The notes below the pieces were generated by a model. It was not told where the DNA came from. It made no database searches and was given only the letters and a program-made list of their open reading frames with translations. A stretch of 56,002 nucleotides of DNA, filler included, from Candidatus Woesearchaeota archaeon (lineage in GTDB: Archaea > Nanobdellota > Nanobdellia > Woesearchaeales > GCA-2685855), in assembly GCA_002685855.1 (NCBI GenBank). It is 4 parts of 4 records of this genome, joined end to end, with 100 filler letters (N's around TTAATTAATTAA, not from the genome) between each part and the next. Parts side by side here need not be neighbours in the genome. Positions count along the whole stretch, not along the records: positions 48,197 to 56,002 come from NYYS01000063.1; 3 more parts are not named here. One strand, given 5' to 3'. The translations under genes were made by a program, and so were the position numbers. Below, one piece after another: positions 55,882 to 56,002 of the stretch. The first letter of the stretch is position 1. The number at the start of each line of letters is the position of its first letter.

Positions 55882-56002
55882 AAAAAGGAGAGATTTGGAC
55901 AGTTGAACTCCCTTCCAAAGAAGGACACGAGCAATCAGGTAAAAGACCTGCACTTGTCTTAACAAAGCCTAATACAAATATGGTCATTGTAGCACCCTTA
56001 AC
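55878..56002 (+). CDS. mazF: MazF/PemK toxin, 3' truncated by window edge
   Basis: MKKGEIWTVELP...GHEQSGKRPALV...V.PLT. Confidence 0.88.
   Translation, partial: MKKGEIWTVELPSKEGHEQSGKRPALVLTKPNTNMVIVAPL

Overview
Four contigs of an archaeal draft genome (MAG/SAG), joined by artificial N-TTAATTAATTAA-N linkers. Gene content, leaderless TATA promoters, unlinked 5S and BHB introns point to a DPANN archaeon, probably Woesearchaeota-like (inference). Contig 1 (1-11989): cassette-like accessory genes, a stand-alone 5S rRNA, a nucleotide-sugar/glycan cluster and vapBC. Contig 2 (12090-40992): aspS-gatCAB, uppS, rpoL, xerA, an uncharacterised membrane/helical-protein cluster, rpl35ae, lonB, kae1 and part of a 23S rRNA with two short BHB-type introns. 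Contig 3: a triple-intron tRNA-Leu(CAA), trmB, cysQ and three related coiled-coil genes. Contig 4: a large surface metalloprotease, rad50, an intron-containing tRNA-Gln, grxC and a mazEF-like pair. The main finding is at 20.3-22.7 kb. An extreme strand skew flips from A+C-rich to G+T-rich at a canonical dif site just upstream of xerA. Two oppositely oriented arrays of a 16-bp-period repeat (CCAATAAATAGT) bracket the site about 1 kb on each side, and the left array sits in the promoter of a PadR/winged-helix gene. This resembles a Bacillus RTP/Ter-type fork trap or terminus organiser in an archaeon; the alternative is an iteron-type origin co-located with dif.
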